IMG/VR virus record: IMGVR_UViG_3300010885_026736
Span: 5,087 to 69,086 of that record
Origin: a virus
Reading direction: 5' to 3' (one strand)
Length of the DNA: 64,000 nt
In this document: piece after piece, positions 54,164 through 64,000 of the stretch
Numbering within the stretch: position 1 is the first letter of the stretch
How the letters are laid out: each line of letters opens with the position of its first letter
The notes under the pieces: model-generated
What the model was told of the DNA's origin: nothing
Database searches by the model: none
The model's input: the letters and a program-made list of their open reading frames with translations, nothing else
Made by a program: the position numbers and the translations under genes

Positions 54164-55423
54164 TTACTTTTTTGTGGTTTTAGAAATTGCTTGAACATAG
54201 TGTGACATTGGCCCAGATACATTATCTGAGACAGTATTGTCATCAGCATCATAATCGAGGTCTTCAGTTAAAGTTGTTGGTGTTGTCTTTCCTTTAGCAG
54301 GAAAATATGTTTCTTTAATCACGTTAAGCTTCTTTGTAAATTCTGTAACGTCAGAATACTCAATTCCTTCAACTAAGGAACGGAGCTTTTCTTGTTGTGT
54401 TAAAGGTAGAGTCTCTACTGCTTCAGAGAATACCTTATCAACTTCAAGTGAATCTACGTAATCCTTTAGTTCAAAATTTTCCTTTAGTACATGATTTACT
54501 TTCTCTTCTAGTTCAGCTACATGCTGTGATAGTTCAGAAACTAAATCAATCTTATCATCAGGAAGTTCTACATAGTTTTCAACAAATAGATTCTTTAACC
54601 CGTGAATAAAATCTTCAACAACTTCAGCCTTTAAACCAGATTCAATAGCAAGTTCGTTTTCAGAAACCCACTGTTCAACGGCGTAAGAGAGATAACGATC
54701 AATATTTTCAGAAAGTTGTGTAACCTTGTCTTCTAATGCTTCTGTCAAAGCAACTTCAAATTCTTCTTCAAGGCGAGCAATTTCAGTATAAAGCTTTGCA
54801 TTTACAGCAGCTTCAAAAATGGTTAGAGCCTTTTCACGAACTTCTTCTGAAAGCTCTTCACCACCGAAAATGATATCCATATCTTCAGCTTGAACGCTTG
54901 TAGGAGAATAACGTGTTTGAGCTAAGGTCTGAGCATTTGTATCATCCTTAACTGATCCACCAATACGACGAGTGGATAGAGCCTTATTCTTATCATGAGG
55001 AAGCTTATCAGTTAGACCCTTGAATACGTTAGCTAGCTCTTGATGACCTAGACCGCTTAGGTGACCCATGATTTGATTGATAGCTTCAACCTTGGTGAAG
55101 AATTCGGGCATGGGTTGATTGACGTCTGACTTATCAGCCTTGCGCTTTGAATTCTTGGCAACAGGATCTGCTGTATGGCTGATGCCGTCTGAAGCATCAA
55201 ATTCATTGAGGTTTTCTTCTTTCACAGCGCCGTCCTTTAACTTCTTGAAATGTGCCTTACCATGTGCAACTGCTGCAGCATGGGTCTTGCCTTCATTGGC
55301 ATCTAAAACTTCATCATAGATATGCTGATGAGCTTCTGCAGTTGACATACCGTTTCTATGAGCATGAATAGCAGCCTTTACAGCAATAGCATGAAGGTCC
55401 TTATCTTGAATATTCTCAGCCAT
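54164..55423 (-). CDS. 22: prohead core scaffold gp22
   Basis: ELSEE..EKA.TIFEAAV, YL.Y.VE.W..EN, LF.E.Y; late promoter at 55451-55458. Confidence 0.92.
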   Translation of the reverse strand: MAENIQDKDLHAIAVKAAIHAHRNGMSTAEAHQHIYDEVLDANEGKTHAAAVAHGKAHFKKLKDGAVKEENLNEFDASDGISHTADPVAKNSKRKADKSDVNQPMPEFFTKVEAINQIMGHLSGLGHQELANVFKGLTDKLPHDKNKALSTRRIGGSVKDDTNAQTLAQTRYSPTSVQAEDMDIIFGGEELSEEVREKALTIFEAAVNAKLYTEIARLEEEFEVALTEALEDKVTQLSENIDRYLSYAVEQWVSENELAIESGLKAEVVEDFIHGLKNLFVENYVELPDDKIDLVSELSQHVAELEEKVNHVLKENFELKDYVDSLEVDKVFSEAVETLPLTQQEKLRSLVEGIEYSDVTEFTKKLNVIKETYFPAKGKTTPTTLTEDLDYDADDNTVSDNVSGPMSHYVQAISKTTKK

Positions 55424-55463
55424 AATTTTCTCCTTTGGGATGCGATCTTTTATTTATAAATTG

Positions 55464-56132
55464 TTATTTGTTAACTAGAGAATTTAAATATTTCTCAAAA
55501 TAGTAAAGACTAGACTCATCAATTTTTTTGACGGCCATTTGCTTTAATTCTTTTTTTGTTTCTTCTAATGCTTCAGCGGCTCTCCAAGAACCTGATGCAA
55601 CATCATAGACCCAATCAACATTTTCCATGACACCACGGACGAATGCTTTATGAGCTGAAGGATCAGCAACAATATCAGCGGCAGTTGCAAGCATAAAATC
55701 ATCTTGCACTTCCATGATACCTTTGTTTTCTTTTAATGTACCCATGCCTCTAGAAGAAACGCCAAGATTAGCACCTTCATCAAGAAGATTCATTACAATG
55801 TGTCCCATAGGAGTATCTGTAATTTTTGCCTTACCAATATAATCATTTCCTTCTCTTTTTAATTCTTTAATCATGTGTGAAACACGATCAAGATTAATAG
55901 AAGGACCTGAAGGATGACCTAGCTCACCATAGGCTCTATTTCCTTCAATGAGGTCTTTAGTATAACGGGCTACTTCTTTTTCAAGAACAGGCATACGATA
56001 TACACGGCCGTTCTTGTTCTTTTCTTCACCCATTAGGAATACACCTTGAATATGGTAATTCTTTTTACCATCTTCTTTGGTTTCTTTAATTAGTGATAGC
56101 TTTGATTCTAGCGTCTCTACAATAAGTTTCAT
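55464..56132 (-). CDS. 21: prohead protease gp21
   Basis: NKNGRVY, GELGHP, LGVSSRG.G, DIVADPSA. Confidence 0.97.
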   Translation of the reverse strand: MKLIVETLESKLSLIKETKEDGKKNYHIQGVFLMGEEKNKNGRVYRMPVLEKEVARYTKDLIEGNRAYGELGHPSGPSINLDRVSHMIKELKREGNDYIGKAKITDTPMGHIVMNLLDEGANLGVSSRGMGTLKENKGIMEVQDDFMLATAADIVADPSAHKAFVRGVMENVDWVYDVASGSWRAAEALEETKKELKQMAVKKIDESSLYYFEKYLNSLVNK

Positions 56133-56731
56133 TTATAGGTTTCCTTACAGTTGTCAAAGTGCCATTGTTTCATTTGTGATATTGCACCAATCTTACTACA
56201 ATGTGGACACTCTACTTTTTTTCTGTTTTTTGCTATGTTAGATTGTTTTTGTATTTCCTCTGCAGAGCGAAATCCAGGACGACCACTGTAACTACCATTC
56301 TTTCTTCTTGTTTCTACAACTTTTTTATAATCTGCTGATTTACCGTAACCAAAATATATGTTTCCTGCAGCTTTTCTTTTTTCTTTAAGGTCTGGTGTTT
56401 GTATTGATCTCAGGGATTTACTGATTTTTTCTCGGTGTTCATCAGTATACATTTCTGGAATCCATCCAGATCCGCCGCCCAAAACAATATTCAAACAAAG
56501 TTTATCTAATAAAGTATCCTCATTGACTAATAACTTTTCATACTGAAGAGCTTCTTCATAAGTTTCAAAAGTTTTTAATATCTCTCTTTCAAAATTCTCT
56601 GGGTATTTATTATATTTTTGTTTGAATATTGTTCCTGATCCTATATAGCCGTCATCAACAGTACCTTTATGAACACCAATATAGTATTCACCGGTTTTAT
56701 TGTTTGACCACTTATATACGAAAGAATACAC
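56129..56731 (-). CDS. GIY-YIG (Seg-like) homing endonuclease
   Basis: FVY.W.N..TGEYYIG.H, Y.GSG, E..L, N; C-terminal CPHC...WHFDNC. Confidence 0.85.
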   Translation of the reverse strand: MYSFVYKWSNNKTGEYYIGVHKGTVDDGYIGSGTIFKQKYNKYPENFEREILKTFETYEEALQYEKLLVNEDTLLDKLCLNIVLGGGSGWIPEMYTDEHREKISKSLRSIQTPDLKEKRKAAGNIYFGYGKSADYKKVVETRRKNGSYSGRPGFRSAEEIQKQSNIAKNRKKVECPHCSKIGAISQMKQWHFDNCKETYK

Positions 56732-56746
56732 TAAAAACTCCCGTTA

Positions 56747-57739
56747 TTATAGTTTTGCTAAAATGGATTCGGTGATCTTTTGACTTGTTCTTCTAACAAA
56801 TTCAGCAGATTCTTTTGCTAAAGCTTGGCCGTCACTACCTTTAAATGCAGTTGGCTTTTGTGTATCTGTTTGATCTTTATTGCCCTGTTCTGCATTATCT
56901 TCAGATTCATCAGATGAAGATGAAACGTGGTCTTGAATTGATGTAATAAACTGTTGTGCTAATTGAAGCTTTTCTAGAATCCAGCTAGGTAACTTCATAT
57001 CATCTGGGATGTTTTCAAATAGCTCAGCTGAAGTCATTGCAATAGATTCTAAAGCATCACGTGCTTGTTCTACTGTTTCATCAGAACCTTCAGTAGACTT
57101 ACCCTTGTCACCTGACTGTGAATCTTGACGAGTGTTGTCTGCAGTATCCTTACCTGTATCACCTGACCAACCTGGACTGTCAGATGTTGCAGGTGCAGGA
57201 GCCATTGGTTCACCTAGTTCGTAAAGGTAATCTTCACCTAGACCCCTACCCTTAGCTTTTGTAGGAACTGGGGTCTTTACTTTAGGTCTTTTTTGAACTG
57301 TATCAGTGCCATTACCTTCAGTTTCAGAAGCTTCATGTTCTGTTGAATTATGTGAATTTACAGAACCCTTTTTTTGAGCATTAATTTCAAGGCTCTTTTT
57401 TACGATATTCCCAACTGCCTTTTTAGCAACAGAGCCTACAACTGGATATTGTGGCTGGCCTTCTCCATAAGCTTTTTCATCTTGCCCTAATTCATAATCT
57501 GCTCTTCTAGTGGTGTCATCTTTAACAGCGCCCCCACCATAGATATTTTCATTTTCTTCAGGTGAATTATTTGGCTCATCACGTCTTAGTACAGGATGGC
57601 GTGAAGAAAATGCCTTCAGACCTGCACGTGTTTCAGGCCCGACAACAAAAGTAGACAAATCTGTTGTGACTAATTTACGAGCGATTGCCTTAGGATTACT
57701 AGGAATAGCTTCTTTTGTTTTGTTGTCTTGCTTAGGCAT
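56747..57739 (-). CDS. acidic low-complexity head-core protein (g68 position)
   Basis: Located between g67 and g21; LPSWI..KL motif. Confidence 0.6.
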   Translation of the reverse strand: MPKQDNKTKEAIPSNPKAIARKLVTTDLSTFVVGPETRAGLKAFSSRHPVLRRDEPNNSPEENENIYGGGAVKDDTTRRADYELGQDEKAYGEGQPQYPVVGSVAKKAVGNIVKKSLEINAQKKGSVNSHNSTEHEASETEGNGTDTVQKRPKVKTPVPTKAKGRGLGEDYLYELGEPMAPAPATSDSPGWSGDTGKDTADNTRQDSQSGDKGKSTEGSDETVEQARDALESIAMTSAELFENIPDDMKLPSWILEKLQLAQQFITSIQDHVSSSSDESEDNAEQGNKDQTDTQKPTAFKGSDGQALAKESAEFVRRTSQKITESILAKL

Positions 57740-57902
57740 CTGTGTCCTCTGGATTAAACAAAGTTTTTGCTACTTCAATTTTCTTTGATGCTAGAATCTG
57801 TGTAACACGTTCTTTCATTAAAGCATCAACTGCGTTTTGAATGTTGGTAATATCGCCATCAATAGCAAAATCAATGATATCTGATACGCTGTAATCTGAC
57901 AT
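57732..57902 (-). CDS. 67: prohead core protein gp67-like (56 aa)
   Basis: Manually read MSDYSVSDIIDFAIDG...KKIEVAKTLFN directly after the portal; GGAG SD. Confidence 0.75.
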   Translation of the reverse strand: MSDYSVSDIIDFAIDGDITNIQNAVDALMKERVTQILASKKIEVAKTLFNPEDTDA

Positions 57903-57938
57903 TTTTAATCTCCGTTCAACAGTATTTATTATTTATGA

Positions 57939-59528
57939 TTATTGACTTAGCTGAGGTTCTTGAGGCCCCTGCTGACCCCCTGGAGCAGCTCCTGGCTGGC
58001 CTTGATCCATTCCAGGAGGCTGTAATTCAGCTTGTTGTTCCATTTGTTGCTTTTGCAATTCAAAATTCTTTTGTGCATCTAGTTGCATCTCAACATCCAT
58101 TTGCTTAACATCTTCATCAGTTAGTTGAAGGATATTTTTCTTCACCCATTCTTCTGAATAATACTTACCCACAAAAGGATCAATTAAACTAAGTGTATTA
58201 ATTCTATTTGTAATGATTTCAGATTCTTTTAATTCAGCGAAGTAATTGTCTACTTGGAAATCAAAATGAATTTTATTCTTGATATCATTCCATTCACTAT
58301 CAGCAATGACACCTGTTAGTATTAGTTGCTTTTCAAGAGCTTTGAGGAATAGCCCTGAGAATTTTGTTCTTAAACGAAGGATAAACTTTTGAAACTTTAG
58401 TTCATCACGAGTGATTTCTGAAGAACGACCAAGGTTAAATCCAGAGTCGCTGATCATACGTGATACAGGAACATTTAATGATTGGTATAGCTTCTTTTCA
58501 AAGTATTCAACGTCTGCTAGCTCACCTAGATTTTGACCTGAAGGTAGAGTCGTTACTTGAGTTCCGCCGCCGCCTTCACGACGAGGGAACCAATAGTCTT
58601 CAAGCATAGTCATGAACTTACGGTCATCACGAACATTACCTGTGGTAGCATCATAAATCAAACGATTCTTATGCTTGACCATGACTTCACGGACGTATTG
58701 TTCTGCCTTCATTTTAGGAAGGTTGCCAACGTCAATACTAAAGATACGACGTTCTGGAGCACGACTAATACGATAGATTACTGTAGCATCTTCTAGAATG
58801 CGAAGTTGATTTAGAGGCTTGATAGCCTTGTGTAAGTAACCTAGAACAATTTTGTTGTCCTTATCTACAACACCTGAAGTAACGTGAAGAATAGAATCCT
58901 TGGCAATCTGCAGCCCTTGATTGTCCATTCCAGATGCAGAAGCACCCTTGAACCCACGCTCATTATACATGTAGAATTCTGTGTCAGTAATATTGACGTA
59001 TACTTGACCCTTACGGACACGCTTCATGGGACGAATTTTTCTGATCTTGCGTGGATCAATATAACGTAATTCTTGAATACCCTTACGAGGATCTGTTACA
59101 TCAATCATCACATGATAGTATATACGCCCGTCAACATACCAACGTTTGAAAATTTCATATCCATAGTTATTGAAGTCTAGTAGTTCAGAAATTTTATCCC
59201 ATTCAGTACGAATACGTTCTTTGATGTTTTCAGCAAAATCTAAATCATCAAGATCAATTTCAACGATCTTTTCTTTACCTTCTTTAACAATTGCTTCACC
59301 AATAATATCGTTTACTGCTAGTTCAACTTCAGGTTGAATTGACATTTCACGATACTTGGCTACAATCTCTGCTTCAGTTCTAGCAGACCCTTCAAGGTCA
59401 AGATACGTGCCATATGTACCGCCAGCAGAAACAACTAGAGCACCGTCATCAGTTTCTCTTGGGGCGAATGATGGGATGTCTAGCTGTTTCTCAGATTCTC
59501 TATTAATTTCAAAACCAAAAAGTTTCAT
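57939..59528 (-). CDS. 20: portal protein gp20
   Basis: MKLFGF, WYVDGR, LRYIDPRK, IYRISRAPERRIF.IDVGNLPK.KAEQY. Confidence 0.98.
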   Translation of the reverse strand: MKLFGFEINRESEKQLDIPSFAPRETDDGALVVSAGGTYGTYLDLEGSARTEAEIVAKYREMSIQPEVELAVNDIIGEAIVKEGKEKIVEIDLDDLDFAENIKERIRTEWDKISELLDFNNYGYEIFKRWYVDGRIYYHVMIDVTDPRKGIQELRYIDPRKIRKIRPMKRVRKGQVYVNITDTEFYMYNERGFKGASASGMDNQGLQIAKDSILHVTSGVVDKDNKIVLGYLHKAIKPLNQLRILEDATVIYRISRAPERRIFSIDVGNLPKMKAEQYVREVMVKHKNRLIYDATTGNVRDDRKFMTMLEDYWFPRREGGGGTQVTTLPSGQNLGELADVEYFEKKLYQSLNVPVSRMISDSGFNLGRSSEITRDELKFQKFILRLRTKFSGLFLKALEKQLILTGVIADSEWNDIKNKIHFDFQVDNYFAELKESEIITNRINTLSLIDPFVGKYYSEEWVKKNILQLTDEDVKQMDVEMQLDAQKNFELQKQQMEQQAELQPPGMDQGQPGAAPGGQQGPQEPQLSQ

Positions 59529-59558
59529 TTCAACGTCCTATGCCACTACTATATGTAA

Positions 59559-60110
59559 TTATACGCCTCCAGCGTTACCTGTCTGTCCACCAGTAACTTC
59601 CCAGTAATCATACATGAATGTTACTCGAAATTCTTCAATACGATCAGTGGCTTCCCAATCTAGTTCAATTGGGGCGATATCAGCAGGATAGATACCATGG
59701 AAGGTATATTGACGTAGGACAGAACCTGTTTTACCATATTGTGTTACAACAGCGTCTGACTTATAAAGTAAAGGTGATGCGCCACCAAATGAACGCAAGT
59801 TACCTTCAAATGTATTGATTTGATTCTGCCACTGTTCCATAGCATTACGAACTAGAAAATCTTCATCATTGATTACAGTTACTGCCCAATCACCAAATGT
59901 TCTATCACCTGCAATATTGATCTTACGACCAAAATAAGGAACAGCAATATTACCTACTCTAGCTTCAGGAATAGAAGATGCACGAACCATGAAAGGAACT
60001 TTAATATTAGCTGAAGAGTTTGCAGGGTTATTGAACTGAACACTGAATAGTGACTGTCTAGCTCCGCCGTACTCAAGATGTGACTTAATTTCGTTTACTG
60101 AAAACGCCAT
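59559..60110 (-). CDS. 19: tail tube protein gp19
   Basis: GGAR..LF, GR.I.IAGDRTF.DW.VT.INDEDF. Confidence 0.96.
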   Translation of the reverse strand: MAFSVNEIKSHLEYGGARQSLFSVQFNNPANSSANIKVPFMVRASSIPEARVGNIAVPYFGRKINIAGDRTFGDWAVTVINDEDFLVRNAMEQWQNQINTFEGNLRSFGGASPLLYKSDAVVTQYGKTGSVLRQYTFHGIYPADIAPIELDWEATDRIEEFRVTFMYDYWEVTGGQTGNAGGV

Positions 60111-60135
60111 GTTTTATTCTCCTATTATATTATTA

Positions 60136-62442
60136 TTAGAATTTACCTACGATTTCAGTGAAGTCAACCCCAGTTCTTACAGCCACGAAATTTAGCTGGA
60201 TATAATTGATTGAACGAGCAGGCTTAACATAAATGTCACCCACAAACTGGTTAGCATCAATAACCTGCTGTGTGTTGTTGGTTGTGTCGCAGACAACCTT
60301 GAAGTCAGTAATACCTCTGCGTCCCTGAACATCTTTCAAGAATGGAGTAACTAGTGAAACGAATTGTGCTCTGGTGAATGCATCATTGAACTCAAACATT
60401 GTATACTGAGCAGCGGCAGCAATTGCCTTTTCAAGTACAATGAAGAGTCTGCGGACGTTAATTCTGTCAAAAGCTGAGGGCTTTGCTTGTAGAGTCTTAT
60501 CACCAAATAGTACAGTGCCTTGACCAGGGAAGGTTACGACTGGGTTCACACCGACTGGATAAAGAGCATCACGCTGAGCCTTAGAAGGATTAAAAGCTAG
60601 CTTTATAACATTCTTGATCTGTCCACGATTGAATCCAGCAGGTGACCACCAAGGATCCTTTGTAGTATCTGTATATACGCAAAGCCCTGCAATATCTCCA
60701 TTCAATGGAATATAGCGATATACATCATTAAACTTATCGTATTGATACTTGTAACCAGAATCTAGGACGCCATATGATGAACTTGTTAGTCCATTACGGA
60801 ATGCGATAACTGAAGAATACTCATTACCTACGTTATTGACAACTGTTGAACGGTTAGGTGAAACGAATACCACGCAATCAAGTCTGTTTTGAGCAATATT
60901 CTGGATTAGATAATTGCCTAGAAGTGTTGTGTTAGTGTCGTCAGACTTACCTGTTAGAATAAGTGAGATAGGAGCTGTTTCAGCTGACTTGAATTGATCA
61001 AAAGCATTAGTGATAACACCAATATTTGTACCTACTGCTGTTTCAGCAAATCCATCCTGACCTCCAGCAAATTGCACTGAAAGCGGAGTAGTAGAGGATG
61101 GTGTATTGTTTACTAAAGCTGCGTTAGCAACGTATGTAGATCCACCTCTGTGATTAGTGAACCATACATACTGTGACTTCTGGTTTACTTGGTTCACATA
61201 GTAGTTTGACTGGCCATCTGATGTCTTTGCATCTGTAGCACGTGACATACCCTGGAATACTTCTAGGATCTGTCCAGGAATACCTGTGAATCTACCTAAG
61301 GAGTCATAAACAACCACATCAATTTCATCTGTTGCGGCTGTGTTTCCGAACTGCTGAATATATTGTGTGGATGCTGGAGCGGATACTACGGAGTTATAAA
61401 ATTGCCATAGACGTCCAACGTTACCACCTGTAGGAGTTGTGAAAGATGTTGAAAGTGTATATGGGCTGTAGAAGGAAAGGTTTAAATATTCTTGAGCAAG
61501 CTTTAGTGTACCAGAAGCAGAACCAGCAGCAGCAGCTGATAATGTAACAGTTGTACCTGTAGTAGAAACAACTGTAGTTCCATTAGCGATTCCAGGGCCT
61601 TGAGCAACAAATCCAATATATGCGTTTGACATACCGGTTAGACCTGTTACAACAGTACAAGCACCGAATGATGCTGAAGAATTAATAACTAGAACAGGAG
61701 CGGAACCCTTTGATGCAATTTGTAGAGTTTGTGTACCTGTTGTTACGTTACCAACTGTAATAAAATCACCGACTGTCAAGGCACTCCATGCAGCGTATGA
61801 TGCTAGATTTGAAGCAACAGTAGCAGAACTAATAGTTGAGTTAGCATCATTGAAGTTCAATGTTCCAGTATTTGATCCATTTACAAAAGAAGTATTTGCA
61901 ATATTGATAAGATTTGAAGAATAAGCAGCGGCGCTATCAATTGTTGAAACACCAAGGCTGCTTCCAAGAGCACCTGGATACTTGGCTGCATAAAGGTATG
62001 TTGACTGAGAAGCAAAGCTACCTGCGTTGGCTTTGTTGTTGTAGTCATCGCTGTTTAAAATATTGAATGTAGCTGATACGTTTGCGCCCCAATATGTATT
62101 GGCAGCAACGTTAGCAACAATTGCTCCGCTTGAATCTGCGATAGCTGTAAATGTGCCGTTACCTGAAATTGTTAGGTCTGTTGTGTTTGCAGCACGGCTA
62201 ACATAAAGCTGATTGCCATAAGCAAGGAAGTTTGATGCAGTAAAGAATGTTTCTGCATTGAAGTTTGTTGGCTTACCATACTTGGTGACAAGATCAACTT
62301 GTGAGGATACTAGCTGGATTTGCCCAATTGGACCCCAACGGAATAACCCGCCGATTGCCCCTGCTGTAGTAGATACTGAAGGTACGATTGTTGTTAAGTC
62401 AATCTCGCTTACGTTAACGCCTGGGCTGACTTGAAATGCCAT
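60136..62442 (-). CDS. 18: tail sheath protein gp18 (with inserted domains)
   Basis: SPGV.VSEIDLT, WWSPAG.NRG, FDRINVRRLF; late promoter at 62488-62495. Confidence 0.97.
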   Translation of the reverse strand: MAFQVSPGVNVSEIDLTTIVPSVSTTAGAIGGLFRWGPIGQIQLVSSQVDLVTKYGKPTNFNAETFFTASNFLAYGNQLYVSRAANTTDLTISGNGTFTAIADSSGAIVANVAANTYWGANVSATFNILNSDDYNNKANAGSFASQSTYLYAAKYPGALGSSLGVSTIDSAAAYSSNLINIANTSFVNGSNTGTLNFNDANSTISSATVASNLASYAAWSALTVGDFITVGNVTTGTQTLQIASKGSAPVLVINSSASFGACTVVTGLTGMSNAYIGFVAQGPGIANGTTVVSTTGTTVTLSAAAAGSASGTLKLAQEYLNLSFYSPYTLSTSFTTPTGGNVGRLWQFYNSVVSAPASTQYIQQFGNTAATDEIDVVVYDSLGRFTGIPGQILEVFQGMSRATDAKTSDGQSNYYVNQVNQKSQYVWFTNHRGGSTYVANAALVNNTPSSTTPLSVQFAGGQDGFAETAVGTNIGVITNAFDQFKSAETAPISLILTGKSDDTNTTLLGNYLIQNIAQNRLDCVVFVSPNRSTVVNNVGNEYSSVIAFRNGLTSSSYGVLDSGYKYQYDKFNDVYRYIPLNGDIAGLCVYTDTTKDPWWSPAGFNRGQIKNVIKLAFNPSKAQRDALYPVGVNPVVTFPGQGTVLFGDKTLQAKPSAFDRINVRRLFIVLEKAIAAAAQYTMFEFNDAFTRAQFVSLVTPFLKDVQGRRGITDFKVVCDTTNNTQQVIDANQFVGDIYVKPARSINYIQLNFVAVRTGVDFTEIVGKF

Positions 62443-62490
62443 GGTTTTCTCCTATCCCAAAAAAATTAGATGAATATCTATTCTGATTAT

Positions 62491-64000
62491 TTATAAAAGC
62501 CAATTTTTAAACTCTTGCTCAAATCCATCATCTAAACCTTCAGGATCTCTCCATACATCATCTATAAATCCAAATGGAGACATTTCTTCTTCTCTGGCAG
62601 CACGATTACTTTCTAGTAACTCAAGTCTTGCATCTTGATCGGTCAACTCCTTGAAATAGCTTTGATGAACCAACCAAGAGAACAATACACAGCACATAAC
62701 TAGATCATCATGTTCACCCTCTTCAGCAGCATATTTTGCATTATTTTCTACGAATCTAAACATTTCATAAAGTAAATCATAATCATTAATTATGAGTTTA
62801 TCGTTCTCAACTAAGCTTTTGAAGTTAGCACATCCAATTCGTTTTACTTGAACTGTAGTACGAACACCTAAAGCAAAACGAATGCCATTATCACTGCTTC
62901 CAATCTTTTGACCAGAACGACCTTTGACTTTAGTTGAGATTACATTCTCATATTCAAGGTCATGAAGAAGAATATCAGCCACCTGCTGACCCACATCATT
63001 AACTTCAATTAAAGCATGTGCATTATTATAATGTCTACCCAGGTTATAAATGATAGTCGGGTAGACCATAGATTCAATGGTATTGTTTCTATACTTAGCC
63101 ACTACTTTATATGGAACAGATGTTACATCAAAAACAATGAATGCAGAGTAATCAATACCTGCACCTCTAGATGTGTCTGCAGCTATTACATAGATATGGT
63201 TTTCTTTAGGTTGTTCAAATATATCAACATTACCAGAACTTACTACAGGATCCGTATATGGAATTTGTGCAAGCTTTTGTCCATCAATCAATGTATTGGA
63301 ACTACCTAGAAACTCACATTCATACTCTTGTCTGAATTGACGTTCACTAGTGTTTGCAATCGTTTCATCTTGCCATGCTTTGTCACGTCCAGGTATTTGA
63401 GACCAATGGACATCACATCTCACATAACGGTTCTTTCCGTTCTCGCTATCAGACCAAATCTTATAGAAGTAATTCATTCCATGAGGAGTGGATGTAATAA
63501 GAGTCTTTGTCGTTTTACCAGAAGAAATTGTAGGATAGATTGATGTAAAGAAACTCTCTTGCAGGTTGTTAGGTACGAATGCAAACTCGTCTAGGTAAAT
63601 GATGTTATACGTATCACCACGACCAGAGGATCCTGTTGTCGCAGTTGCTACAATCTTTGATCCATTCTCTAGAGAGATATCACCTTCATTCCAGCGAACA
63701 ACCCCCTGCTGTAACCACTTAGGCAGATACTCAAACATCATTTTGATTCTAGAAAGAATTTCACGTGCCTGAGTATCTTTGTTGGCCAGAATAGCTACTT
63801 TGAAATTTTCATTGAAGATCACTTTGTGAAGAAGATATGCAGCAACTGTAGTTGTCTTACCTACCTGACGAGGCATCTTACAAATAACGAAACGATTGGT
63901 CTCAAATTGATTGACCATATTCTCCTGAAAAGGCCATAGGTCAAAGTTAACTAGACCCTTATCAACGTGGACAATCCTACAGTATTTTTTAATGAAATAA
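62491..64000 (-). CDS. 17: terminase large subunit gp17 (5' end outside the window)
   Basis: PRQVGKTT, IYLDEFAF, TSTPHG, FRQEYECEF, HDDLVM. Confidence 0.97.
   Translation of the reverse strand, partial: YFIKKYCRIVHVDKGLVNFDLWPFQENMVNQFETNRFVICKMPRQVGKTTTVAAYLLHKVIFNENFKVAILANKDTQAREILSRIKMMFEYLPKWLQQGVVRWNEGDISLENGSKIVATATTGSSGRGDTYNIIYLDEFAFVPNNLQESFFTSIYPTISSGKTTKTLITSTPHGMNYFYKIWSDSENGKNRYVRCDVHWSQIPGRDKAWQDETIANTSERQFRQEYECEFLGSSNTLIDGQKLAQIPYTDPVVSSGNVDIFEQPKENHIYVIAADTSRGAGIDYSAFIVFDVTSVPYKVVAKYRNNTIESMVYPTIIYNLGRHYNNAHALIEVNDVGQQVADILLHDLEYENVISTKVKGRSGQKIGSSDNGIRFALGVRTTVQVKRIGCANFKSLVENDKLIINDYDLLYEMFRFVENNAKYAAEEGEHDDLVMCCVLFSWLVHQSYFKELTDQDARLELLESNRAAREEEMSPFGFIDDVWRDPEGLDDGFEQEFKNWLL

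Noticed and set aside
1-64000. Genome-wide stop-codon reassignment
   Set aside because: Core genes are full-length in the standard code, TAA/TAG/TGA all end genes, and no suppressor tRNA is seen

Overview
A 64-kb segment of a large T4-like (Straboviridae/Kyanoviridae-type) myovirus genome, mostly encoded on the minus strand. Read in the direction of transcription (right to left), it holds the head and tail module (g17 partial, g18, g19, g20, g67, a g68-position protein, a GIY-YIG endonuclease, g21, g22, g23), an inverted island of small early genes and tRNAs, g3-uvsY-uvsW-g55-g47-g46, a complete 7-deazaguanine cluster (PRTase, queD, queE, folE, TGT/DpdA-like, queF, queC), g45-g44-g62-regA-hsp20, an endolysin, g43, uvsX, g41, and an accessory arm (tRNAs, peroxiredoxin, SleB-like hydrolase, RNase H, SpeD, PhoH, DenV-like glycosylase). 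A ROSE-type thermometer and leaderless starts suggest a proteobacterial, probably alphaproteobacterial, host (inference). The most notable observations are: (1) a tRNA-Arg gene broken at its anticodon by an endonuclease cassette that carries a divergent replacement tRNA-Arg(UCU); (2) a dispersed early-promoter cassette whose +1 ATG is always in frame with the SD-led start; (3) a switchable pseudoknot between queF and queC, with an in-frame amber junction; (4) a 7-deazaguanine cluster flanked by PRTase, MazG-like, DUF3310 and glycosyltransferase genes; (5) a structured late leader with an unannotated TM peptide before the cell-wall hydrolase; (6) tRNA-Ile(UAU) with a long variable arm and tRNA-Leu(UAA) without one. 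All calls come from motif reading; no database search was run.
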